From a virus, in IMG/VR virus record IMGVR_UViG_3300028844_002785, positions 1 to 64,000 of that record: a DNA stretch of 64,000 bases; one strand, 5' to 3'. Shown one piece after another: positions 32,240 to 41,691 of the stretch. Both the position numbers and the translations under genes were made by a program. How positions within the stretch are numbered: position 1 is the stretch's first letter; each line of letters begins with the position of its first letter. Below the pieces are notes generated by a model. That model made no database searches, was not told the origin of the DNA, and saw only the letters and a program-made list of their open reading frames with translations.

Positions 32240-33041
32240 ACTAAAGGAGTATTCTCTCCGTAAATTAGGTAAACCAGTTATTGAAATAAATGTTGATGAG
32301 GATCAAGTAGAAGATCTAATTGATGATACGATTCAACTTTTCAATGAAAGGGTTTATGATGGAGTCGAGCGAGTATATTTAAAATATAAAATTACTCAAG
32401 ATGATATTGATAACGGTAAGGGTAGAAATATAACTACTCAAGAAACTGACACCAATGCCGGTGCAACTCCTGCTTCTAGAACTTTAAATTTTGAGGAAGG
32501 TAGGGGATATCTAACAGTACCAGATCATATTATAGGTATTCAAGGTGTACTACCTATGGCGAGTACCTATGTTAATAATATGTTTGGTTTTAGGTATCAA
32601 TTTTTCTTAAATGATTTTTATAATTTTTATGCATATGACATTCTAAATTTAGAAATGACAATGCAATATTTGTCAACCATGGAGTTTTTATTAGAAGGTC
32701 AAAAACCAATTAGATATAATAAAACACAGAATAGATTATATTTGGATGTAGATTGGGGTAGAGTTGCTGCAAATGACTTTGTGTTAATTGACTGTTATAG
32801 AGCTCTTGATCCAACTACATTTACTAAGATATATAATGAAAGGTTTGTAAAAGAATATTTGACTTCTTTGATTAAAAAACAGTGGGGACAAAATTTACTT
32901 AAATTTACTGGGATTAAAATGCCAGGTGGAGTTGAATTTAATGGAAGACAACTCTACGATGATGCTCTTGCTGAATTGGAAAAAATTGAAAGCAAGATGT
33001 TAAGTACATACGAAACTCCACCACTTGATTTTGTAGGATGA
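32214..33041 (+). CDS. gp13: Neck protein gp13
   Basis: Motifs LRKLGKPVIEINVDEDQ, KKQWGQNL, MPGGVEFNG. Confidence 0.95.
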   Translation: MAKPSSRTELKEYSLRKLGKPVIEINVDEDQVEDLIDDTIQLFNERVYDGVERVYLKYKITQDDIDNGKGRNITTQETDTNAGATPASRTLNFEEGRGYLTVPDHIIGIQGVLPMASTYVNNMFGFRYQFFLNDFYNFYAYDILNLEMTMQYLSTMEFLLEGQKPIRYNKTQNRLYLDVDWGRVAANDFVLIDCYRALDPTTFTKIYNERFVKEYLTSLIKKQWGQNLLKFTGIKMPGGVEFNGRQLYDDALAELEKIESKMLSTYETPPLDFVG

Positions 33042-33042
33042 T

Positions 33043-34368
33043 ATGGCAAAAAATGTTTATTTCTCTGGTGGAACCAGATCAGAACAAAGACTTTACGAAG
33101 ATTTAATTATAGAATCTTTGAAGATTTATGGTCATGACGTTTATTATCTACCAAGAGAAATTGTAAGTAAAGATGACTTATTTACAGAAGACGTTCTTTC
33201 CAAGTTTGATGAAAATTATATGATTGAGATGTACATCTCTAATTACGAAGGATTTGAAGGAGATGGATCTCTATTATCAAAATTTGGTGTAAGGATTGCT
33301 GATGAAGCAACATTTATAATTGCTAAACGAAGGTGGGAAGATCTAATTGCATCTTCAAATAATTTAGTATCAGCCTTCAGACCTAACGAAGGTGATGCAA
33401 TTTATCTACCATTAACAGATCAATTGTTCCAAATTAAATTTGTTGAACATGAAAAACCATTCAGACAATTAGATGGAATTCAGACATACGGTCTAGTTGC
33501 TGAATTGATGGAATTCTCTAATGAGAGATTGGAAACTGGTGTTTCAGAAATTGATAATCTTGCAAGAATTACTGGTTACACTACAACGTTCAAAATTACA
33601 GATGGCATCAAAGATTTTATTGTTACATCCGGTGGTAGTGGATATGGATCGGGAACTACAGCAACAATAGGTGGAACTGGTACTGGGGCAACTGCTACAG
33701 TAAGTCTTACAAGTGGTGTAGTAACTTCTGTAAATGTCACAGAACCAGGATTAGGATATACAACAGCCCCACCAATTAGTATAGTTGGAAATGGAACTGG
33801 TGCTGCAGTGACTGCTTTGATTGCATCAAAGGGTAATTTTGAGACAGGTGAAATAGTTAAATCACAGGTAAATACTGCAAAAGCAGTTGCATCTAGAACA
33901 TTAAATACAGTTTCATCAATAACTTTATATGATAATGGTAATAAATATACCTACGTTCCCACTGTAACTATAAGCGGTGGCGGTGGATCTGGAGCTACTG
34001 CAACAGCAACTTTAAATTCTACTGGACAAGTTTCTGGTATTATCTTAACAGATACAGGTTCTGGATATACTTCAGATCCAACTGTAATTATACAATCACC
34101 ACTAAATGAATCAACTGCTAAAGTGGTAAGATTTGATACTACAAATAAAGAATTAGAAGTAACTGATATTGTCGGTAAATTTACTGATAATGATAGTTTA
34201 ATAGGTTTAACTAGTGGAGCTGAATGGACGATAAATACGTTTAGTTCTATTGAGAATGAAAACGATCCTGAAGCAGAGAATCTATTCTTTGAAACTGAAG
34301 GAGACAGTATTATAGACTGGACCGAGGGCAATCCTTTCGGAGAATATGGTAATCAAGGAGTCTTTTAA
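33043..34368 (+). CDS. gp14: Neck protein gp14 with a Gly/Thr-rich insertion
   Basis: Motifs EDLIIESLKIYG, RPNEGD, NPFGE. Confidence 0.93.
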   Translation: MAKNVYFSGGTRSEQRLYEDLIIESLKIYGHDVYYLPREIVSKDDLFTEDVLSKFDENYMIEMYISNYEGFEGDGSLLSKFGVRIADEATFIIAKRRWEDLIASSNNLVSAFRPNEGDAIYLPLTDQLFQIKFVEHEKPFRQLDGIQTYGLVAELMEFSNERLETGVSEIDNLARITGYTTTFKITDGIKDFIVTSGGSGYGSGTTATIGGTGTGATATVSLTSGVVTSVNVTEPGLGYTTAPPISIVGNGTGAAVTALIASKGNFETGEIVKSQVNTAKAVASRTLNTVSSITLYDNGNKYTYVPTVTISGGGGSGATATATLNSTGQVSGIILTDTGSGYTSDPTVIIQSPLNESTAKVVRFDTTNKELEVTDIVGKFTDNDSLIGLTSGAEWTINTFSSIENENDPEAENLFFETEGDSIIDWTEGNPFGEYGNQGVF

Positions 34369-35423
34369 TGTTAGGAACACATTTTTATCACGAAATTATA
34401 CGTAAAACAATTGTAGGATTTGGAACTCTATTCAATAATATTGAATTGAGGCGAACTGATAGTTCTGGCAATGTTATCCAAACTCAAAAAATTCCACTCT
34501 CATATGGTCCGAGAGAAAAGTTTTTAGCTCGAATTGAGGCTGAACCACAACTAGATGGTCGTTCAGAAACTCAAATTACTTTACCTAGAATTGCATTTGA
34601 GATGCAAGGTATTACATATGATCCATCTAGAAAGTTAAGTCCAATACAAATTTGCACTTCTCCTAAAACTGATACAACTGATGCAGTATATAAACAGTAT
34701 TCTCCAGTTCCATATAATTTAGATTTTGAATTAAATATTATTAGTAAAAACAATAATGATTCTGTTCAAATTTTAGAACAAATTTTGCCATATTTTCAAC
34801 CTATGTTTAATATAAGTATTAAACTGGTAGAGTTAACAAAAGAAACCAAAGACGTACCGATTATTTTAAATAGTGTGGGTATGCAAGATGATTATGAAGG
34901 TGATTTTAGAACAAGAAGATCACTAATTCATACACTTACGTTTACTGCTAAAACTTATCTATACGGTCCTGTTGCTACATCTGATGTTATTAGAACTGTT
35001 AACGTTGATATTGGTGCTGCGATCGATGCTGGTGCTAGATATGTAAGATACAGTGCTACACCAAAAGCAACTGAAGATTATAATAATGACGGTACTGCAG
35101 TTACTTCTATCAATATTAATAGTAATACATTTACATTAGCAAATCACGGATATGTAACTAATGATTTCGTTACATTGAGAGTTGCAACTAGTGGAACGCC
35201 ACCTGGTGGACTAGTTGATGGAAATGAATATTATATTATTAAAATTGATAATGATAACTTTAGAGTTGCTGGAACAAAATATAATGCTACTCGTGGATAT
35301 GCTTTAGATATAACTTCTATTGGTACTGGATTACAATCATTCTCTGTTGTAAATACATTAGATGATGCGTTTGTAGAACCAGACGATAACTTCGGATTTA
35401 ATGAAACTTGGACTGATTATTGA
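34368..35423 (+). CDS. gp15: Tail sheath stabiliser / tail terminator gp15
   Basis: Motifs FYHEIIRKTIVGFGTLFNNI and QILEQILPYFQP. Confidence 0.94.
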   Translation: MLGTHFYHEIIRKTIVGFGTLFNNIELRRTDSSGNVIQTQKIPLSYGPREKFLARIEAEPQLDGRSETQITLPRIAFEMQGITYDPSRKLSPIQICTSPKTDTTDAVYKQYSPVPYNLDFELNIISKNNNDSVQILEQILPYFQPMFNISIKLVELTKETKDVPIILNSVGMQDDYEGDFRTRRSLIHTLTFTAKTYLYGPVATSDVIRTVNVDIGAAIDAGARYVRYSATPKATEDYNNDGTAVTSININSNTFTLANHGYVTNDFVTLRVATSGTPPGGLVDGNEYYIIKIDNDNFRVAGTKYNATRGYALDITSIGTGLQSFSVVNTLDDAFVEPDDNFGFNETWTDY

Positions 35424-35424
35424 T

Positions 35425-35835
35425 ATGGCTGACACATTTGGAAATTTAGATAAAACATTTAACGTAGAATCTGCAATAGAAAAAGCAGAGGAAACAGTTG
35501 TTGATATTAAAAAAATAAAAACTGATAAAGATGTCACCAATGATTATGAGTATACTAGAGGACAACTCTATAACCTCATAGAGAAGGGTCAAGAAGCTAT
35601 TAATGGTATTTTAGACGTAGCACAGAATTCGGACCATCCTAGAGCGTATGAGGTCGCAGGCAACCTCATTAAAAACGTTGCTGATATATCAGATAAACTG
35701 GTAGATCTACAGAAGAAAATGAAAGACCTTGATGAAGACAAGAAAGGTCCAACAACAGTTACAAATAATGCGATGTTTGTTGGTAGTACTTCAGAACTAC
35801 AAAAGATGTTAAAACAGATGGGAAATGATAAATAA
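35425..35835 (+). CDS. gp16: Terminase small subunit gp16
   Basis: Motifs DYEYTRGQLY, HPRAYEV, FVGSTSELQK; start placed at the ATG after the gp15 stop. Confidence 0.93.
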   Translation: MADTFGNLDKTFNVESAIEKAEETVVDIKKIKTDKDVTNDYEYTRGQLYNLIEKGQEAINGILDVAQNSDHPRAYEVAGNLIKNVADISDKLVDLQKKMKDLDEDKKGPTTVTNNAMFVGSTSELQKMLKQMGNDK

Positions 35836-35856
35836 TATGGTAAACCCTCGCCATTG

Positions 35857-36288
35857 ATGATGAAATATTTTAGAGAGTTTAAAGAATTAGCTGAAGCTAA
35901 GCGTGGTTTGTATGCGAACATTCACGCTAAGCGAAAGAGAGGAGAAGCACCAGCGAAGTCAGGTAGTAAGGACTACCCCGCTAAGGATGCTTTCCAGAAA
36001 GCGGCGAGGACTGCTAAACAAGAAAATGCCCAATACTCAGAAGGGGCAGCATGGACAAAAAAGTCAGGGAAAAACAAGTCCGGCGGTCTCAATGAAAAAG
36101 GAAGAAAATCATATGAAAAGGAAAATCCAGGATCTGACCTTAAAGCACCAAGCAAGAAGGTTGGAAATCCCCGTAGGTCATCCTTTTGTGCTAGAATGAA
36201 AGGTATGAAGAAGAAATTAACTTCAAAGAAAACTGCATCTGATCCAGATAGCAGAATCAACAAATCACTAAGAGCTTGGAATTGCTGA
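35857..36288 (+). CDS. Highly basic two-module protein, possibly an internal head protein
   Basis: GLYANIHAKRKRG module followed by a GGLNEKGRKSY...SFCARM...RAWNC module. Confidence 0.75.
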   Translation: MMKYFREFKELAEAKRGLYANIHAKRKRGEAPAKSGSKDYPAKDAFQKAARTAKQENAQYSEGAAWTKKSGKNKSGGLNEKGRKSYEKENPGSDLKAPSKKVGNPRRSSFCARMKGMKKKLTSKKTASDPDSRINKSLRAWNC

Positions 36289-36289
36289 T

Positions 36290-36556
36290 ATGGCTAACAC
36301 AAACTATGTAAGAAACGACAAAGATAATACTGCTGACGATCCACAACCAACATCAACAACTGTCACACACTTTGATGGGAATGAAGGTTGGACTCAAAGA
36401 CAGTGGAAAGATTTTAACGGCAATTATCAAGCAAGAAAATCTAACAACACTACTAGAACACCTGGTACATACCAAGCAAGAAATTCTAACAACACCACTA
36501 GAACCCCCTCAGCATATCAAAGGCGAGATAAAGACAATAACGTTGTGTCTGCATAA
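36290..36556 (+). CDS. Hypothetical protein with 15-aa tandem repeats, 88 aa
   Basis: YQARxSNNTTRTP occurs twice, plus a partial third copy. Confidence 0.8.
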   Translation: MANTNYVRNDKDNTADDPQPTSTTVTHFDGNEGWTQRQWKDFNGNYQARKSNNTTRTPGTYQARNSNNTTRTPSAYQRRDKDNNVVSA

Positions 36557-36566
36557 TCTAACGTAA

Positions 36567-36607
36567 GTATTAAAAAATACTGACTATGTTAAATAGTTTG
36601 GTATAAT
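36567..36607 (+). promoter_or_regulatory. Putative NtcA-activated promoter: GTA-N8-TAC, 21 nt, TATAAT
   Basis: GTAttaaaaaaTAC at 36567-36580; TGGTATAAT at 36599-36607. Confidence 0.5.
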
Positions 36608-36636
36608 ACATTATACCATTTACCATAGGAACTTTA

Positions 36637-36936
36637 ATGGAAAACGATAAACAAGTATCCGACCTTAAATTACAAAGGAAGGAATGTGAAAAATGTGGCG
36701 CTACCTGGATTAATGGTCAGCATGTTTGGAGAGGAACTGGGAATATTGGCACTTCAAGTGAGATGGATCTAGCTGGTTTAGTTTGTAATAAACTTGGTAA
36801 TGATCAATGTATCAATCCAATGAAAGGTAAAGACGGTGGACAAACATGGGAGTACCGTTCTGGTTTCATTGATGGGGTATTTTCAGAAAAGAAAAAAAAT
36901 ATGGAAGAATTAAGAGATAAATTTAGTGATCTCTAA
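36637..36936 (+). CDS. Cys-containing cyanophage hypothetical protein, 99 aa
   Basis: Motifs CEKCGATWINGQHVW and DLAGLVCN..C. Confidence 0.8.
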   Translation: MENDKQVSDLKLQRKECEKCGATWINGQHVWRGTGNIGTSSEMDLAGLVCNKLGNDQCINPMKGKDGGQTWEYRSGFIDGVFSEKKKNMEELRDKFSDL

Positions 36937-36960
36937 ATAATAATAGTTGTAGTATGATGT

Positions 36961-38607
36961 GTGACTGATAGCGTATATCTTGGTAATCCCAATTTAAAAA
37001 AAGCAAACACTCCAATAGAGTTTACTCCTGACCAGGTTCAGGAGTTTATTAAATGTAAAGGAGATCCGGTATATTTTGCTAGAAACTATATTAAAATTGT
37101 TTCACTAGACGAAGGTCTGGTGCCATTTAGTATGTACGATTTCCAAGAGGAAATGGTACGTTGTTTTCATAAGAATAGATTTAACATTGCAAAATTACCC
37201 AGGCAGACTGGTAAGTCTACTACTGTTGTTTCTTACTTGCTTCATTATATCATATTTAATGACAATGTAAATATTGGTATTCTTGCTAACAAAGCATCAA
37301 CTTCAAGAGAACTATTATCTCGTTTGCAATTAGCATACGAGAATCTACCGCGATGGATGCAACATGGTATCCTTGCGTGGAACAAGGGTAATGTAGAACT
37401 AGAGAACGGATCTAAGATTCTTGCAGCATCAACCTCTAGTTCTGCTGTTCGAGGTATGTCATTTAATATTATTTTCCTGGACGAATTTGCGTTCGTTCCA
37501 AATCATATTGCAGAACAATTTTTTAGTTCTGTATATCCTACTATCTCTTCTGGTAAGTCTACCAAAGTTATTATCATCTCTACTCCAAATGGGATGAACA
37601 TGTTCTATAAACTCTGGCATGACGCTGAGAGGGGTAAGAACGAATATACAACTACAGAAGTACATTGGTCTCAAGTACCCGGTAGAGACGCTGTGTGGAA
37701 GGAGCAGACGATTGCTAACACATCGCAACGTCAGTTTACACAAGAATTTGAGTGTGAGTTCTTGGGATCTGTTGATACATTGATTGCCGCATCTAAATTA
37801 AGGATGATGGTGTATGAAGATCCATTAGAAAGAAAAAATGGTTTAGATGTATATGAGTTACCCATTCCAGAACATGAATATGTAATGACAGTTGATGTGT
37901 CTAGAGGTGTCAGTAATGACTATTCAGCATTTGTAGTAGTAGATATTACAACTATTCCATATAAAGTAGTTGCAAAATATAAAAACAATAATATAAAACC
38001 ACTGTTATTTCCCAATATCATACATCCAGTTGCGATGAGTTATAATCATGCATTTGTTTTATGTGAAGTAAATGACATTGGTGGACAGGTTGCAGACATC
38101 ATGCAATTTGATCTTGAATATGATAATCTTCTTATGTGTGCAATGAGAGGAAGAGCTGGACAGATTGTTGGTCAAGGGTTCTCTCATAAATCACAGTTAG
38201 GTATTAAGATGACTTCCACAGTCAAAAAAACTGGATGTTCAAACTTAAAAGCACTTATTGAAGATGATAAATTATTGATTAGTGATTATGAAATTATTGC
38301 TGAGATGACAACTTTTATTCAAAAGAAACAATCATTTGAAGCAGAAGAGGGATGTAATGATGACCTTGCTATGTGTCTTGTTATTTTCGCATGGTTGTCT
38401 GTGCAAGAGTATTTTAGAGAACTTACTTCTGATGATGTTAGAAAAAGAATTTTTGAAGATCAAAGAGAATCTATTGAAGAAGATATGGCACCATTTGGTT
38501 TTATATTAAACGGTAACGAAGAAGATAGTTTTGTAGATGAACAGGGTGATACTTGGAATAGAGCAAGTGAGTATGGAGACATGTCTTATATGTGGGAGTA
38601 TAAGTGA
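36961..38607 (+). CDS. gp17: Terminase large subunit gp17
   Basis: Walker A PRQTGKST, Walker B IFLDEFAF, nuclease motif DDLAM. Confidence 0.98.
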   Translation: MTDSVYLGNPNLKKANTPIEFTPDQVQEFIKCKGDPVYFARNYIKIVSLDEGLVPFSMYDFQEEMVRCFHKNRFNIAKLPRQTGKSTTVVSYLLHYIIFNDNVNIGILANKASTSRELLSRLQLAYENLPRWMQHGILAWNKGNVELENGSKILAASTSSSAVRGMSFNIIFLDEFAFVPNHIAEQFFSSVYPTISSGKSTKVIIISTPNGMNMFYKLWHDAERGKNEYTTTEVHWSQVPGRDAVWKEQTIANTSQRQFTQEFECEFLGSVDTLIAASKLRMMVYEDPLERKNGLDVYELPIPEHEYVMTVDVSRGVSNDYSAFVVVDITTIPYKVVAKYKNNNIKPLLFPNIIHPVAMSYNHAFVLCEVNDIGGQVADIMQFDLEYDNLLMCAMRGRAGQIVGQGFSHKSQLGIKMTSTVKKTGCSNLKALIEDDKLLISDYEIIAEMTTFIQKKQSFEAEEGCNDDLAMCLVIFAWLSVQEYFRELTSDDVRKRIFEDQRESIEEDMAPFGFILNGNEEDSFVDEQGDTWNRASEYGDMSYMWEYK

Positions 38608-38858
38608 TGGATTTAGATGAAGAAATTTCCCTGGAACATTTATTATTTCAACAAAGAAGATGTAGAACTTGTAATAAAGTAAAGGACCTAATGGATGGTT
38701 TTTATCTTACACGAAAAGATAGAGGTGATATACCATCATCGTATTCTTATGAGTGTAAGGAGTGTACAAAGAAAAGAGTAACTAAAACTAGAAAGGATAA
38801 CCCAGACATACCATATTGGTCAGTTCCAAGAATAAAAGATGTATATCCAGACTGGTAG
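38607..38858 (+). CDS. Small zinc-ribbon protein (CxxC...CxxC)
   Basis: CRTCNKVK...YSYECKEC. Confidence 0.75.
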   Translation: MDLDEEISLEHLLFQQRRCRTCNKVKDLMDGFYLTRKDRGDIPSSYSYECKECTKKRVTKTRKDNPDIPYWSVPRIKDVYPDW

Positions 38859-38906
38859 TCTAGACTAGTAGCATGTTCATGCATTGTTTCCCCACCAAAG
38901 AATCGA

Positions 38907-38914
38907 TATAAATA
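38907..38914 (+). promoter_or_regulatory. Late promoter TATAAATA for gp18
   Basis: Exact consensus. Confidence 0.8.
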
Positions 38915-38952
38915 AATAGTTTTGAGAAAAAAATCTCATAGAGGTATAGAAA

Positions 38953-40977
38953 ATGACATTAGCTTCACCTGGAGTACTCATTAAGGAAATAGATTTTACA
39001 GCTACCGTTCAAGTAGCTGATCAAAATATTGGTGTTGTTGCTATCGACGCAGAACGTGGTCCTACGGATCAAGTAACTTACGTTTCTAGTGAAAGAGAAC
39101 TTGTAGAAATTTTTGGTAAACCAAATAACTATAATTACGAGTCATGGTTTGCAGCTGCAACCCTAATTCAATATGGTGCAGTCGTTGCTGTAATTAGACC
39201 TACTGGCGCTACAGATCTTGGTCTTAACAATGCTAATATCAAACTAGATGGAACTTCTTCCACTAGTCTGGTAATTAAGAACAAGGACGATTTCGATTCA
39301 ACTACAACCAAGGATTATACTTGGGCAGCAAGAACTGCTGGATCATTTAACAATGCCGTTAAGGTTGTTGTCGTTGACCATGGCGCTGATCAACAAGTAA
39401 CTGCAACCGGTCATGGTTTAACAGCAGGAACTTATTTCCAGTGGGTATCTGGTAGTAAAACTTATAAAGGTAACGTTTACAAAGTAGTAGACGTAGATAC
39501 TATTCAAGTAACTCTATGGGATACCACTAAAAGACTAACTGGTAATGAATCATTAGTTGATGCAAGTAACGCTGCTCTTGCAACGGTATCTGCTCTTGTA
39601 TCCGATGATGTATACGGTACACTAGAGTATGGAACAAATAGAAAATGGTCTTCTATCGCACCACAACCAGGAACATCTGCTTCTGCAGTTACAAAAGGTG
39701 CTAAGTATGATGAATTTCATATTGCTGTTGTAGATGTTAATGGTACTGTTTCTGGTACTCCTGGTAGTGTACTAGAAACATTGACATTTGTTTCTAAAGC
39801 ATCTGATGCAAAAAGTGCAGAAGGATCTACTACATACTACAAAACAGTAGTTAAAGATCAGTCAGAATATATTTATCCTGGAGATAGTATATTTATTACT
39901 TCTGGCGAACAACTTGCATTAGCTGGTCAGGTTGGTACTGCGGCAGAAATTGGTGCAGCTCTTCAAAGTGCTACATTTAAGTTATTCGATTTTGATGGTA
40001 CTGGTTCCGGTACTGGAACAACTGATGATTCAGTTGGTACTCTTTCACTCGCAGATGGTGATGATTATAGTTATGTAGACTCTGCTGCTATTGCATCAGT
40101 TAGAGCCGGTCTAGTTTCTGGTTATGATTTAGTAGAGGATCCAGAACTATTTGGTGATGTTGATTTCTTGGTTCCTGGTCATATCTCAACTACAGTAGTT
40201 GCTAGATTGATTGCAATCGCAGAAAAGAGAAGAGATTGTGTGGTTGTTGCTTCACCAGAAAAATCTGATGTTGTTAACTCCAACACCACATCTAAAAAGA
40301 CTGATGACATCATCGCGTTCTTCAGAACGTTACCAAGTACATCCTATGCTATGTTTGACTCTGGATATAAGTATATCTACGATAAGTACAATGATGTTTA
40401 TCGTTACGTGCCTTGTGCTGCAGACGTTGCTGGTCTTTGTGTTTCTACAACCAACAATTCAGAAACTTGGTTCTCACCTGCTGGATATAATAGAGGACAG
40501 ATCCGTAATGCAACTAAACTTGCTTACAGTCCAAAACAAGCAGAAAGAGATAGACTTTACACAGACAGAATCAATCCAATTGTTTCATTCCCTGGTCAAG
40601 GTATAGTTCTCTTTGGAGACAAAACTGGTCTTGCATCGCCCTCTGCATTTGATAGAATCAATGTTCGTCGTCTCTTTATTGAACTTGAGAAGAATATTGC
40701 AAACTTCTCTAAGTATCAACTATTTGAGATCAATGATGAACTTACAAGATCTGGATTCAGATCTGCTATCGAACCTTATTTAAGAGGTGTACAAGGTAGA
40801 AGAGGTATCTATGATTTCCTAGTTGTTTGTGATAGTACAAACAACACTCCAGATGTTATTGACAGAAATGAGTTAGTTGCTGAAATCTTCATCAAACCAG
40901 CTCGTACAATTAACTATATTACTATCACGTTTGTCGCCACTAGAACTGGTGTTTCGTTCAACGAACTTACAAACTAA
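38953..40977 (+). CDS. gp18: Tail sheath protein gp18
   Basis: Motifs SPGVLIKEID, WFSPAGYNRG, FDRINVRRLF. Confidence 0.98.
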   Translation: MTLASPGVLIKEIDFTATVQVADQNIGVVAIDAERGPTDQVTYVSSERELVEIFGKPNNYNYESWFAAATLIQYGAVVAVIRPTGATDLGLNNANIKLDGTSSTSLVIKNKDDFDSTTTKDYTWAARTAGSFNNAVKVVVVDHGADQQVTATGHGLTAGTYFQWVSGSKTYKGNVYKVVDVDTIQVTLWDTTKRLTGNESLVDASNAALATVSALVSDDVYGTLEYGTNRKWSSIAPQPGTSASAVTKGAKYDEFHIAVVDVNGTVSGTPGSVLETLTFVSKASDAKSAEGSTTYYKTVVKDQSEYIYPGDSIFITSGEQLALAGQVGTAAEIGAALQSATFKLFDFDGTGSGTGTTDDSVGTLSLADGDDYSYVDSAAIASVRAGLVSGYDLVEDPELFGDVDFLVPGHISTTVVARLIAIAEKRRDCVVVASPEKSDVVNSNTTSKKTDDIIAFFRTLPSTSYAMFDSGYKYIYDKYNDVYRYVPCAADVAGLCVSTTNNSETWFSPAGYNRGQIRNATKLAYSPKQAERDRLYTDRINPIVSFPGQGIVLFGDKTGLASPSAFDRINVRRLFIELEKNIANFSKYQLFEINDELTRSGFRSAIEPYLRGVQGRRGIYDFLVVCDSTNNTPDVIDRNELVAEIFIKPARTINYITITFVATRTGVSFNELTN

Positions 40978-41018
40978 TTCGTTCTCTTTCGCTAAATTAC
41001 ACTAGGAGATAAAGAAAA

Positions 41019-41660
41019 ATGGCAAGAGGTATTTCGGAGTTTAAGACTAAACTCATCAATGGCGGCGCAAGACCCAATCTGTTCTTGGTTCGTCTAAACT
41101 TCCCAACAACGCTAAATACGATCACTGATATTGAATCAGTAGATTCATCAAACGTTATTACCGAAAGAGCAGAATTCCTTGTGAAGACTGCTCAATTACC
41201 TGCATCAACGATCGGAACAATCGATGTTCCTTTCAGAGGTAGAATGCTTAAGGTTGCTGGAGACAGAACATTTGAACCATGGTCTGTTACCGTTGTAAAT
41301 GACGGTCAATTCGGTATCCGCAAAGCATTTGAAACCTGGTCTAGAGGTATTAATGCACTAACTGAAAACGTATCACAACTTGGTTACGGTGATGATAATC
41401 CTGGTTATTGTGTTGACCTTGAAGTCTTCCAACTAGGTAGAGACCAACAGAAACCAAATAAAACCCCTCAGTCAATGAATTCTCAGGGTCGTGATGGAAT
41501 GGAAGTTATTCGCGGATATAAATTCTACGATGCTTGGCCTTCTTCACTTTCTGCAATCGATCTCTCTTATGAGTCGAATGATCAGATTGAAGAATTCACA
41601 GTAGAATTCCAGTATAACTACTATGAAGTCTCTAAGGCAAGCCTCGATACTGGGGTTTGA
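41019..41660 (+). CDS. gp19: Tail tube protein gp19
   Basis: Motifs GGARPNLF, KVAGDRTFEPW, IEEFTVEFQY. Confidence 0.97.
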   Translation: MARGISEFKTKLINGGARPNLFLVRLNFPTTLNTITDIESVDSSNVITERAEFLVKTAQLPASTIGTIDVPFRGRMLKVAGDRTFEPWSVTVVNDGQFGIRKAFETWSRGINALTENVSQLGYGDDNPGYCVDLEVFQLGRDQQKPNKTPQSMNSQGRDGMEVIRGYKFYDAWPSSLSAIDLSYESNDQIEEFTVEFQYNYYEVSKASLDTGV

Positions 41661-41691
41661 TAAATAATAGAGAAAGATTAGACTTTATACT

